IMG/VR virus record: IMGVR_UViG_3300020352_000786
Coordinates: 1 to 64,000 of that record
Length of the DNA: 64,000 nucleotides
DNA from: a virus
Taxonomy: Duplodnaviria; Caudoviricetes
Strand: one strand, 5' to 3'
In this document: positions 19,101 through 27,090 of the stretch, piece by piece
Layout of the letters: every line of letters starts with the position of its first letter
Position numbering within the stretch: the first letter of the stretch is position 1
Notes under the pieces: generated by a model
Told to the model about the DNA's origin: nothing
Seen by the model: only the letters and a program-made list of their open reading frames with translations
Databases searched by the model: none
Position numbers and translations under genes: made by a program

Positions 19101-19286
19101 GCAGACCCTACACAATGCCAAGAGTGTGGTAGCGGATGGGGTAATAATCGTCAAGGCGTCCGACCAACATACGATACAAGCGACCCATGTTTAGTATGTA
19201 ACGAAGGTAGTGTTGATACCATTACTTCAGACGACCCAGAAGATCCTTGTTATTCAGCCCCGCAATCTATTTTCTATGAACCTTAA
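16191..19286 (+). CDS. Ig-like N-terminus plus very Cys-rich C-terminal region, putative fibre/adhesin
   Basis: SYSWLYSADGG..YKLKV Ig motif; about 70 Cys counted by hand after residue ~210, with CC and CxxC clusters. Confidence 0.75.
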   Translation: MSSYNTLYIDIKQSPSLLASVENVKLSSDIYYLNADRQQFLLNTADGTVSYSWLYSADGGQTFKTLNQNSPSLSLDVNTLNIQYIYKLKVSIDRNPSSLLSNSSDIKNIISNTSNNIILTNQTDDDSEVLYSEAITINHNLDLEDIIVDMALNDIIEQLGNEINFNNQVDNLELNVEYEESIEDTETIESVTIGADSPTGGAGFLTTTCYERRVNYFCGVKIDYCVKSEEFIFPGSNFVCDGAEICVGKCVVEDQALLKINTPVGEWYNTKIGNGQFRWCVGGVQTVPPIDSVSRSTDYANCADPIDHPERGKALKCYDPESKTDWYTWFFDLHWKDCAPVRPSKRGAKGADGGGCPGRTYNIIKKWCNPSSCPGEHEYQYKYNPFLNPSATEKQFRCKPNKYVYQGGCSCEDKNGNTSVEYGGGCAGPACTSVAGPTNIQYVGAITVNVFADPDGTLRAEFSGRPKLESNKKYTLHLRDGSAGNHNLDNIFKFTTPYLDPDSDLCDIHDLNIGSDLWGPCINQALCYQEEDIDPSFKCFSGDAIYKVKTAGNKSYSCAEHCENDDIPRIDAPIYSIYIPTTRPSSSEGLMTLSKAQKYVKDAAGPNDPYWIRQDGIRPAGGRSKCEYYCQATRKKKSYSIATTAGTTIGKPSLNQPCKACDCETNADCGGCGVCSNGRCIDYPSTHKLAGRHPCASIPGSVCCTSVTRDIGEKTGYKKTVTCADPYFCQECIAVESDNSGDPSGTTAGLPYNSNDPTVACCAGVKYDPRCKQCEEGTITDTCIPPKVCTKSGTDTWDDGSDPFSPNLIEYDTFSCIIPPCPHCSFEADDYEQTGNCIPYNGSVNAILSCQECEVISNPFYPALSDEPYMPFFTSTLDEGEECCQTGETTAAPSKKCCSDGPGDYSYSCGEDQKCCNGTCLNEGECCGESGAEPAPVCQNCEGEPACPAGTTCCTGTDQNPPYGVIFLGCADPTQCQECGSGWGNNRQGVRPTYDTSDPCLVCNEGSVDTITSDDPEDPCYSAPQSIFYEP

Positions 19287-19300
19287 TCGGAGATAACTAA

Positions 19301-19768
19301 ATGAGTAGTATAAGAGTAAAAAATTTACCTGTTTCTACAGGAGTTTTAAACACAGATAATCTAATTGTTAGCTCTGATGATTTAACATATAAGCTTCCTG
19401 TTTCTGATCTAAAAAAACAGTTGGTAAAACAGACGGCTAATTCACGAACAATCGCTACTGAGTTAAATTACGACACTACAGCTGATGACCTTAACAATAT
19501 CATTAATGTCAACAAAAGTGTGCCGTCTACAGTAACTATAACATCTGCCGCATCAACTAGCGCAAATATAGGTGACCATATAGATGTATTTAATACTAGT
19601 TCTACTTCAGATGTAAGAATTTTATCACCTTCTGGGGTATATATAAGAAGCATGAATAATCATGTAGATTTAACGAGACAATATAGCGTAGGTAAAATTA
19701 CTAAATTTTCCAGTAATGAATGGATGCTTACTGGAGATTTTTTCACTTCTCCTAGTGGTACATTCTAA
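19301..19768 (+). CDS. Putative tail-fibre-associated protein
   Basis: N-terminal IRVKNLPVSTGV..DNLIV and C-terminal LTRQYSVGKITKFSSNEWMLTGDF, motifs I associate with phage tail proteins; GGAG RBS. Confidence 0.55.
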   Translation: MSSIRVKNLPVSTGVLNTDNLIVSSDDLTYKLPVSDLKKQLVKQTANSRTIATELNYDTTADDLNNIINVNKSVPSTVTITSAASTSANIGDHIDVFNTSSTSDVRILSPSGVYIRSMNNHVDLTRQYSVGKITKFSSNEWMLTGDFFTSPSGTF

Positions 19769-20160
19769 TGAAAAACAACAAACAATTGGAAAGCCTATCT
19801 AACAAGATAGCAAATGATTCAGGTCTAAATGACTGTGAAGAATATGGTAGCATTCTTTTAACGATTATGATAATTGGAATAATTTTAAATTCAATTAGAG
19901 TAATTCAAGAATGCAATAGTAGTAAATTAAACAAAATGTCTGATGAAGAAAAACATTCTTTTCTAAAAGATCAGATTAAAACTTTATCTAGTAAACGTGG
20001 ATGGTTTACTAAAATGCGTATTCGCAAAGTTATGAGAAGAGAACTTAAAAAAGATACATACAAACAGTATGGTGCAAATATCGTAGACAGTATTTTAAAT
20101 AGTGGAGAGAATATCACGGATGATGAACTTTCATCAATTCTGGAGGCTTTAAATGTTTAG
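19768..20160 (+). CDS. Single-TM hypothetical protein
   Basis: ILLTIMIIGIILNSIRVI hydrophobic segment. Confidence 0.6.
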   Translation: MKNNKQLESLSNKIANDSGLNDCEEYGSILLTIMIIGIILNSIRVIQECNSSKLNKMSDEEKHSFLKDQIKTLSSKRGWFTKMRIRKVMRRELKKDTYKQYGANIVDSILNSGENITDDELSSILEALNV

Positions 20161-20404
20161 TATAATTATATGGTGCGTATATGGTATATTCGTCGGAGCT
20201 ATTGCTAAGAGCATTGTTCCTGGAGAAGAAAATTTTGGCTTTTTTAAGACAATAGCATTAGGAGTAGCTGGCTCATACATGGGCGGCGCTGTATTATATC
20301 TACTGGGGCAGTATAATGCACTAGAGCCTTCGGGCATATTCATGGGAATAGCTGGTGCTGTTTTAGCTTTAGTATTATATAATAAATTAGTAAATGAAAA
20401 ATAG
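20153..20404 (+). CDS. GlsB/YeaQ/YmgE-family (transglycosylase-associated) small membrane protein
   Basis: IIWCVYGIFVGAIAKSIVPG..TIALGVAGSYMGG..GIAGAVLALVLY three-helix pattern; GGAGG RBS. Confidence 0.8.
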   Translation: MFSIIIWCVYGIFVGAIAKSIVPGEENFGFFKTIALGVAGSYMGGAVLYLLGQYNALEPSGIFMGIAGAVLALVLYNKLVNEK

Positions 20405-21347
20405 AGTTCCAGTATTATTGTGGTTATATCATGTCGATTTATGGCCAGAAATACTGTCTCTATTAATACCAATACAAGATCTTATTGAATTGCATATAGG
20501 TCTGTATAAAAACAATGAACAAAATTTTATAGTTGAAGATAGTATACCAACTATTTTCGATGTATATAATATTACATATCATGACAATATGGGAGGAGAT
20601 GTCCTTCCTTTTCTTGAACAGTTAAATAGTCTAGACTCTTCTAGATTTGAGCATGATATATTTTTGAAGATACATACTAAAAAAAGTTTATTTGCAGGAA
20701 AGATTAATTGGAGAATTATACTTTTACATAATCTTATAGGTAGTAGGTCTATTTTTCTAAAAAATTTAGACAAACTTAAAGACAATAAGTGTGGTGCTCT
20801 TACATGCTCTAATTTAATTCTGAGTGATATGGAACACACAAACAAAAGTATTATAGAAGACATATCAGAAAATATACTATCTATTCCATATGAGAAAGTA
20901 AAGAATAAAAAATTCTGTGGAGGTAATATGTTTTTTGGTAAAATCTCTACTTTTCATTCTTATTTTAATAGTGATACATTATCCTTAATTAGGCCAAAAT
21001 TAAAAAAAGAAAAAGGGAAAATTAGTGATGTTAAAAAAGGAACATATGCACACAGTCTAGAAAGACTATTCGGGTATATTGTATTAGATAATAATCAAAA
21101 AATAATTCCTTCAGCACTAGAAGCGACCAAGATACTCAATCCACTTGCGCAAAACAATAAACTTCATATAATACTATTGTACGATGAGATTTCTTGCTAC
21201 ATTCACGAAGATATCAATGTTTGTGGTAAAATTCTATCTCGTTCTGATAAAGCCATAGAGATAGAGTGGTTTCATTTAACCAATCCGGTAATTAAAAAAT
21301 ACAAATATATTTCAAATAATACGCTAGTAGCTGATGCACAAAAATAG
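20394..21347 (+). CDS. RgpF/rhamnan-synthesis-like glycosyltransferase
   Basis: LYHVDLWPE, NMGGDVLPFL, FLKIHTKKS, FCGGNMFFG, YAHSLERLFG. Confidence 0.7.
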   Translation: MKNRVPVLLWLYHVDLWPEILSLLIPIQDLIELHIGLYKNNEQNFIVEDSIPTIFDVYNITYHDNMGGDVLPFLEQLNSLDSSRFEHDIFLKIHTKKSLFAGKINWRIILLHNLIGSRSIFLKNLDKLKDNKCGALTCSNLILSDMEHTNKSIIEDISENILSIPYEKVKNKKFCGGNMFFGKISTFHSYFNSDTLSLIRPKLKKEKGKISDVKKGTYAHSLERLFGYIVLDNNQKIIPSALEATKILNPLAQNNKLHIILLYDEISCYIHEDINVCGKILSRSDKAIEIEWFHLTNPVIKKYKYISNNTLVADAQK

Positions 21348-22260
21348 GATATTATTAACAGGTGGCTCAGGCTTTTTGGGTAAACATGTATATAAAAATT
21401 TATTAGAGAATAATTACAAAGATATTTATATCCCCAGAAAAGTAGATTACGACCTAAGAAACTTGTCAAAATGCAATGATTTATTTAGGTCTGTTAACCC
21501 AGATACTGTTATCCACTTAGCCGCAACATGTGGTGGTATAGGCGCTAATATGCGATCTCCCGGTAGGTATTTTTATGATAATATGTCTATGGGTCTAAAT
21601 ATAATAGAGCAAGCTAGATTGAATAATGTTAAAAAATTCATACTGATTGGTACTGTCTGTGCCTATCCAAAATTGTGCAATATTCCTTTTCAAGAAAAAG
21701 ATATATGGAAAGGATATCCAGAAGAAACTAATGCTCCATACGGAGTAGCGAAAAAATCTTTATTCGTTATGTTAGACGCATATAATAAAGAGTATGGTTT
21801 TAATAGTACGATTTTAGTGCCATCAAATCTATATGGTCCCTATGATAATTTTGAAGATCATTCAAGTCACGTTATACCTGCCCTAATTAAAAAAATTGAT
21901 TATGCAAATAAAAATGGGGAAGACACGGTTGTTATATGGGGAGATGGTTCTGCAAGTAGAGAATTTCTATATGCAGATCAAGCAGCTAAGGCAATTGTTA
22001 AAAGCATAAACGTAAATACAGGACCTAGCCCAATTAATCTTGGTTCTGGAGAAGAAATAACCATAAAAAATCTTGTCAATAAACTTGTACATAAAATGAA
22101 CTTTAATGGCTCAATATCTTGGGATACATCCAAACCAAACGGACAACCTAGAAGATGTATAAATGCTAATAAGGCTATGTCTTATTTAGGCTGGCAAAAT
22201 CAAGTAAATATAGACAAAGGACTAGATATGACTCTGGAGTGGTATAATAATGACGTATAA
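21334..22260 (+). CDS. fcl: GDP-L-fucose synthase (GDP-4-keto-6-deoxymannose epimerase/reductase)
   Basis: TGGSGFLG, HLAATCGGIGAN, IGTVCAYP, YPEETNAPYGVAKK (YxxxK), PSNLYGPYDNF, SSHVIPALI, WGDGSASREFLY, KPNGQPRR. Confidence 0.92.
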   Translation: MHKNRILLTGGSGFLGKHVYKNLLENNYKDIYIPRKVDYDLRNLSKCNDLFRSVNPDTVIHLAATCGGIGANMRSPGRYFYDNMSMGLNIIEQARLNNVKKFILIGTVCAYPKLCNIPFQEKDIWKGYPEETNAPYGVAKKSLFVMLDAYNKEYGFNSTILVPSNLYGPYDNFEDHSSHVIPALIKKIDYANKNGEDTVVIWGDGSASREFLYADQAAKAIVKSINVNTGPSPINLGSGEEITIKNLVNKLVHKMNFNGSISWDTSKPNGQPRRCINANKAMSYLGWQNQVNIDKGLDMTLEWYNNDV

Positions 22261-24805
22261 TATTCCAGAAGATTTTGATTGGGAGTTTTATCTATCTTCT
22301 CATCCAGATCTTGTCAAAGCGGGAATCAACACAGAAAAACTAGCTAAATATCACTATGTTACTTATGGTAAAAAAGAAAATAGAATTTATAAAAAGTCTC
22401 AAGATGAGGTCTTGGGATACTTTGATAAACAAAGTGACTCTAACGATAATATAGTTTTATTTGTACAATGGTATGACGATCCGAATACTTTTATAAATAG
22501 AACTAAATGTTTACATAGGAATATCAGCAATCCATATATAGATATTATTAATATATTCTATGAAGCTGGCTCAGAGCATAAATTACATCAGTCTATTATT
22601 GAAAATGAAAAAGTTAAATTAGTTCCTCTTAATCAAAGAATGAACTACGGTTTATGGATGCGGTTTGCAGACATGAACTATTCAGACAGTATAAAGATTT
22701 TATGTAATTCTGATATCTATCTTGATGAAACAGTAGTGTCATTGAAACAAGCATCGTTTAATAGTAATAGAATACTAGCAGTCACAAGGAAAGACGAAGA
22801 TGTAAATGGTAATATAGTTACCAGTAAAGAAAGGTTTTCGGATGACGCAATAGACATCAATCCTCTCTATTCTCATGATTGCTGGATATATAAAGATAAA
22901 ATTGATGCCATAGAATACAGTAATATAAACTTAAATTTAGGATATGAAAATTGCGACAGATTATTTAAGAAGTATTGTCAACAACATAATATTGAATTTG
23001 TAAATTTGTTTCCTAATATCAACTGTATTCATTTAGATCACAGATCTCAAAAAACAAGACCCGCTTACGATTTAAACGTTGAGGCTGATAAAAAAAAACT
23101 AATTTTATATACAACATATTATAAATCTAGTAATATACAAAGACAGCATGAGATCGACATTGCGTTAACAAAAAATGTAAACAGCTCTTACTTTGCAAAA
23201 GTTTATATATTTGTAGATACAGACACAGAACTACCCAAATCTATTCGTAATAAAAACTATGAGATTATTCACAACAGCGACAAACCTTTTTATTTTGATT
23301 GGATATCTCACTCACAAAAGCATTTGAACGATACAGATATTTCATTGTTTGGTAATGCAGATATTGTGTTTGATGACACAATAAATATTTTATCTGATTA
23401 TTTTACAGAAGAGCCAACGTTAATTTGCTTGAGCAGATATGAGAAAAATCAACTCTGTTCTAAGCCTCATTGGTCTCAGGACACTTGGGCTTTTCAAGTT
23501 AAAGACATTAGAAATATTAAGTTTATTGATGATACAAAAATTAAAACAGGACATGCTAGATGCGATAACAAAATAGCTTTTGTTTTTGCTGTAAATGGTT
23601 GGATTATGAAAAATCCTTGTTTTAACATTATAACAGAACATTTACATTATAGTCAACATAGGTCATATAAAATTAACGATGATGAAGTAATCGGAGGTAT
23701 GTGTTATATATATCCTTCTCGTGATTACAGCTCTTCTAAAATAGATTATGCTATAGTTAATAAAAATCATAATCAAACAGATAATGAAGATATTCCTATT
23801 TGGTCCTTAGAAATGCTAGAAAAAACAAATAGCTCTGATGTCGTCAAAAACTTTAAGACAATAGGAAGTATGTACAACAAAAACCATTTAATGGGAGGTT
23901 GGTCTACGGTTAATGACTTACTAGATAATTACCAAGAATCTGAGACTGCTAATATAAACTTAATAACATTTACTTGGGAAACTTTTTTATCTGAACAATA
24001 CAAAGTATTTGAAAAACCCTGGATAGGAATAGATCATTTAGTAAATTTTATTCCACAATATTATCGTAAAATTTCAAAAAATATATTACCTGAAAGCAAT
24101 TTTTTCAATCGTATTCTACATAAAAGTAATGTATTAGAAAATTGCAAAGGTATAATCTATACTTCAGATAGTACAAGATTGAATAGCCTTAATTGTAAAT
24201 ACACAAAACATATACCCAAATGTACCGTTCATCATCCTGTTATATCAGACCCGGAATCTGTACAATTCAATCTGGATGCATACCTAAATAATAAAAATAA
24301 AAAACTTATTAATTTGGGCTGGTTCAATAGAAACTTTGGTTTTTTTGAAAGGCTTAATATCCCTGACTTTGAAAAACTTTTTGTTTTTGGTGGCCTGTCT
24401 GGATACAAAGGTTATGTGTTTACAGAAGATCTATATTATCATGGTATTGATATGATTAACACAGAAGTATCTCCTAGACTTTCTGATAAAGAGCTGAACA
24501 ATGTTTTAAGCCAGAATGTGATATTCGTTAATTTATATGATTCTTCAGCTAATAACGCTATTATTAATTCTATTCAAAGAAATTGTCCAATAGTCATTAA
24601 TAGATTAGATGCTTGTATAGAATACTTAGGTTCTGATTATCCGTTATATTATGACTATCCAGACGAAATACAAGACTTGTTGTCAGAAAGCTCTATAGCT
24701 TCTGCTCATGAATATTTAAAACAATTAGATATTAATAGTTTTAGCATGGACTCCTTTGTTGCAAAAATCAACCATTTCGTCAAACAGGTCGCAAGTCATG
24801 CCTAA
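22250..24805 (+). CDS. Multi-domain glycan-biosynthesis protein (two tandem GT-A-like units plus a C-terminal GT-like domain)
   Basis: N-terminal FDWEFYLSSHPDL..HYVTYGKKENR repeat; duplicated unit (CNSDIYLD..SHDCWIY..GYENCD / GNADIVFD..SQDTWAF..GHARCD); C-terminal KPWIGIDH..NLYDSSANNAI..EYLGSDYPLYY. Confidence 0.65.
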   Translation: MTYNIPEDFDWEFYLSSHPDLVKAGINTEKLAKYHYVTYGKKENRIYKKSQDEVLGYFDKQSDSNDNIVLFVQWYDDPNTFINRTKCLHRNISNPYIDIINIFYEAGSEHKLHQSIIENEKVKLVPLNQRMNYGLWMRFADMNYSDSIKILCNSDIYLDETVVSLKQASFNSNRILAVTRKDEDVNGNIVTSKERFSDDAIDINPLYSHDCWIYKDKIDAIEYSNINLNLGYENCDRLFKKYCQQHNIEFVNLFPNINCIHLDHRSQKTRPAYDLNVEADKKKLILYTTYYKSSNIQRQHEIDIALTKNVNSSYFAKVYIFVDTDTELPKSIRNKNYEIIHNSDKPFYFDWISHSQKHLNDTDISLFGNADIVFDDTINILSDYFTEEPTLICLSRYEKNQLCSKPHWSQDTWAFQVKDIRNIKFIDDTKIKTGHARCDNKIAFVFAVNGWIMKNPCFNIITEHLHYSQHRSYKINDDEVIGGMCYIYPSRDYSSSKIDYAIVNKNHNQTDNEDIPIWSLEMLEKTNSSDVVKNFKTIGSMYNKNHLMGGWSTVNDLLDNYQESETANINLITFTWETFLSEQYKVFEKPWIGIDHLVNFIPQYYRKISKNILPESNFFNRILHKSNVLENCKGIIYTSDSTRLNSLNCKYTKHIPKCTVHHPVISDPESVQFNLDAYLNNKNKKLINLGWFNRNFGFFERLNIPDFEKLFVFGGLSGYKGYVFTEDLYYHGIDMINTEVSPRLSDKELNNVLSQNVIFVNLYDSSANNAIINSIQRNCPIVINRLDACIEYLGSDYPLYYDYPDEIQDLLSESSIASAHEYLKQLDINSFSMDSFVAKINHFVKQVASHA

Positions 24806-26435
24806 AAAAATACTACTTTTAAGCAACCCCCGTCACGGCACAACATTTCTATTAAACTGCCTTAATGCGAATCCTGATATAAAAATGTGCTATGAGTTAA
24901 TGAGTCTTAACAATATTCAAGGCCCCAATCAATACTGTGATTGTTTTTCTGTAATAATGAAAGATGATTTCTCAACAAAAGAAGAATTAGAAAAAGAATT
25001 TTCTAATAGATTTTTAAACGAATATTTATATATAAACAATCTAATAGATAAGCTAGACTCAATTAAAAATGTCCGTTACGTTGGCTTTAAAATTTTTGCT
25101 CAGCAATTATTTTTTAACCAAGTTTCAAACCACACCAGCCTCGAAAACTTACTGGATAAATTTGACAAAGTAATATTTTTAGACAGAGATACGACATCAA
25201 TTGCTTTTTCTTGGCTTAACGCAAAACAATATGGCTATTCTTTGTCAGATAGAAAAAACAAAAATCCAGATATTGTTGCAAATAAGCAAGACATAATAGA
25301 TATAGTTAGAGAAACAATTAAAAAACATAAAATTTTTAATACCGCTCATGAATATTTAGAGCAAAACAATACTCCTTACTTAGATTTAACATATGATAAA
25401 CTTGGTGAATCTTCAGTATGTTTATCTAAGTTTTTAGATACAGATATAAATATTCACAGTAATTTTAATCCAGTAGAAAACAACTACAATAAATTCTTAT
25501 CCAACAACATACAGCTATCTAAAAACATTTCAAATATTGATAAGTTAAAAAAAATCAATGACAGCCCTAAACCTTGTAAGTTACAGCATTCTAACATCAG
25601 ACAAAATAATAAATTAGAAGCTATTAATATATTACACACAGGACGAGAGACACAATTAGAAACACAACATCTATGCGATCAAATTAGTAATAGTTTAAAA
25701 GCTTCGGATAGCGACAAAAAACTCGCTCAAACCATAGATATTAATATCATATTATCGTCTAATAGTTTATGTTCTTTTCTTGATAGTCAGATAGTTTTAC
25801 TAAAAAAATATTTTACTAATGTTAATTTTATATCCTTACAAATTCCTAAAAATCAAGATTTCTACTACAACGATATTTCTGACGCAGAACTACCTAATAT
25901 TAATCTAAACTATGGATTGAAATCAGGACCTAATTATGTTTTCTTCCATGTCTTACCAGAAATGAAGAAGTATAATACTTGTTTGTTTTTAGAGTTAGAC
26001 TGCTACTTAAAACAAGGATGGCTTACTTCTATAACAAATTACACAAAACATTGTGGCAATTTCTGGATAAGCGGGGCAGCATATCACGGAAGCCAAACTT
26101 TTTCCGATCCCGACTTGTTACTAAATCACCATATCAATGGAGGAACATGTCTATATAATACAGGAGATACTAATTTTCAAATTTTTATTGAATGGTCTAA
26201 GAATATATTTCATATTTTAGTTGAAGAAAATTTAACACTACCATATGATTATTTAATACCATACCTATATCTCATTTATGCTCAATACCCTAGTGGCGAT
26301 CAATGGCAAATCGTTAAAGAAGCAAAACAAAATTATCTTTACAATAACCTAATATCTGATTTGAGCTTACCAAATGACATTAATACAGATTTATATTCCG
26401 TTCCTGGCTGCATAATACACAAAAAGATAAAATAA
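24798..26435 (+). CDS. Sulfotransferase (Stf0-like) fused to a C-terminal GT-like domain
   Basis: SNPRHGTTFL (5'-PSB-like loop), YELM, VGFKIF, IFLDRD..AFSW; C-terminal LFLELDCY..FWISG..HING; start set at ATG 24798. Confidence 0.7.
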   Translation: MPKKILLLSNPRHGTTFLLNCLNANPDIKMCYELMSLNNIQGPNQYCDCFSVIMKDDFSTKEELEKEFSNRFLNEYLYINNLIDKLDSIKNVRYVGFKIFAQQLFFNQVSNHTSLENLLDKFDKVIFLDRDTTSIAFSWLNAKQYGYSLSDRKNKNPDIVANKQDIIDIVRETIKKHKIFNTAHEYLEQNNTPYLDLTYDKLGESSVCLSKFLDTDINIHSNFNPVENNYNKFLSNNIQLSKNISNIDKLKKINDSPKPCKLQHSNIRQNNKLEAINILHTGRETQLETQHLCDQISNSLKASDSDKKLAQTIDINIILSSNSLCSFLDSQIVLLKKYFTNVNFISLQIPKNQDFYYNDISDAELPNINLNYGLKSGPNYVFFHVLPEMKKYNTCLFLELDCYLKQGWLTSITNYTKHCGNFWISGAAYHGSQTFSDPDLLLNHHINGGTCLYNTGDTNFQIFIEWSKNIFHILVEENLTLPYDYLIPYLYLIYAQYPSGDQWQIVKEAKQNYLYNNLISDLSLPNDINTDLYSVPGCIIHKKIK

Positions 26436-26441
26436 ACTTAC

Positions 26442-26470
26442 TTGACTCATATAATCATTAAGTATACAAT
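26442..26470 (+). promoter_or_regulatory. Sigma-70-type promoter
   Basis: TTGACT-17 nt-TACAAT; expected +1 falls on the ATG at 26477. Confidence 0.75.
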
Positions 26471-26476
26471 AACAAC

Positions 26477-26938
26477 ATGAGACCAGACTGGACAGATTAT
26501 TTTTTAGGATTGGCTAAAATCGTTTCTCAACGTAGTCACGATATACATACACAGCACGGCTGTATTATAACTGATAGGAATAATCTTATTTTAGGTACTG
26601 GCTATAACGGTTTTCCTAGAAATGTAGACGACTCCCTACTTCCATTATCTCGTCCAGACAAATACGCATGGATGATTCATGCCGAACGCAATGCTTTATC
26701 TAGTTGCACTCACAAACCAACTAATGGAATAGCTTATGTTACAGGACAATGTTGTAATGATTGTATCATGTCCTTATGGCAAGCTGGTGTCACGACTGTC
26801 GTTATGGCCAATAGTCATGGAACTAAATTGTTTGATGAAACAGCCAAAAAGAGATTTGATTTGTTCGTAGAATTAACTGGTATAAAAATCGTAAGACATA
26901 CACCAAATTTTTCATGGATTCAAGAAATAGATTTTTAA
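26477..26938 (+). CDS. dCMP deaminase (ComEB-like)
   Basis: MRPDWTDYFL, TGYNGFP, HAERNAL, YVTGQCCNDC zinc ligands. Confidence 0.9.
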   Translation: MRPDWTDYFLGLAKIVSQRSHDIHTQHGCIITDRNNLILGTGYNGFPRNVDDSLLPLSRPDKYAWMIHAERNALSSCTHKPTNGIAYVTGQCCNDCIMSLWQAGVTTVVMANSHGTKLFDETAKKRFDLFVELTGIKIVRHTPNFSWIQEIDF

Positions 26939-26964
26939 AATCAAAATCAAGAGTAAAAATTTGT

Positions 26965-26980
26965 GGTGTATTATAAAAAT
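26965..26980 (+). promoter_or_regulatory. GGTGTA putative phage promoter motif (copy 5)
   Basis: GGTGTATTATAAAAAT in the gap before nrdJ. Confidence 0.5.
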
Positions 26981-27090
26981 AACAACGTAATCAAATGGCC
27001 TTGCATACTCTAACCAATGATTTATCATAAATTATGAACGAATCAATTCTTTCCATACAGGCCAATTCTTTTTAATTTATAGGAGCTAGG

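Noticed and set aside
26965-27090. Cobalamin riboswitch upstream of nrdJ
   Set aside because: Too short and AT-rich; no recognisable B12-box; kept only as a generic structured-leader candidate
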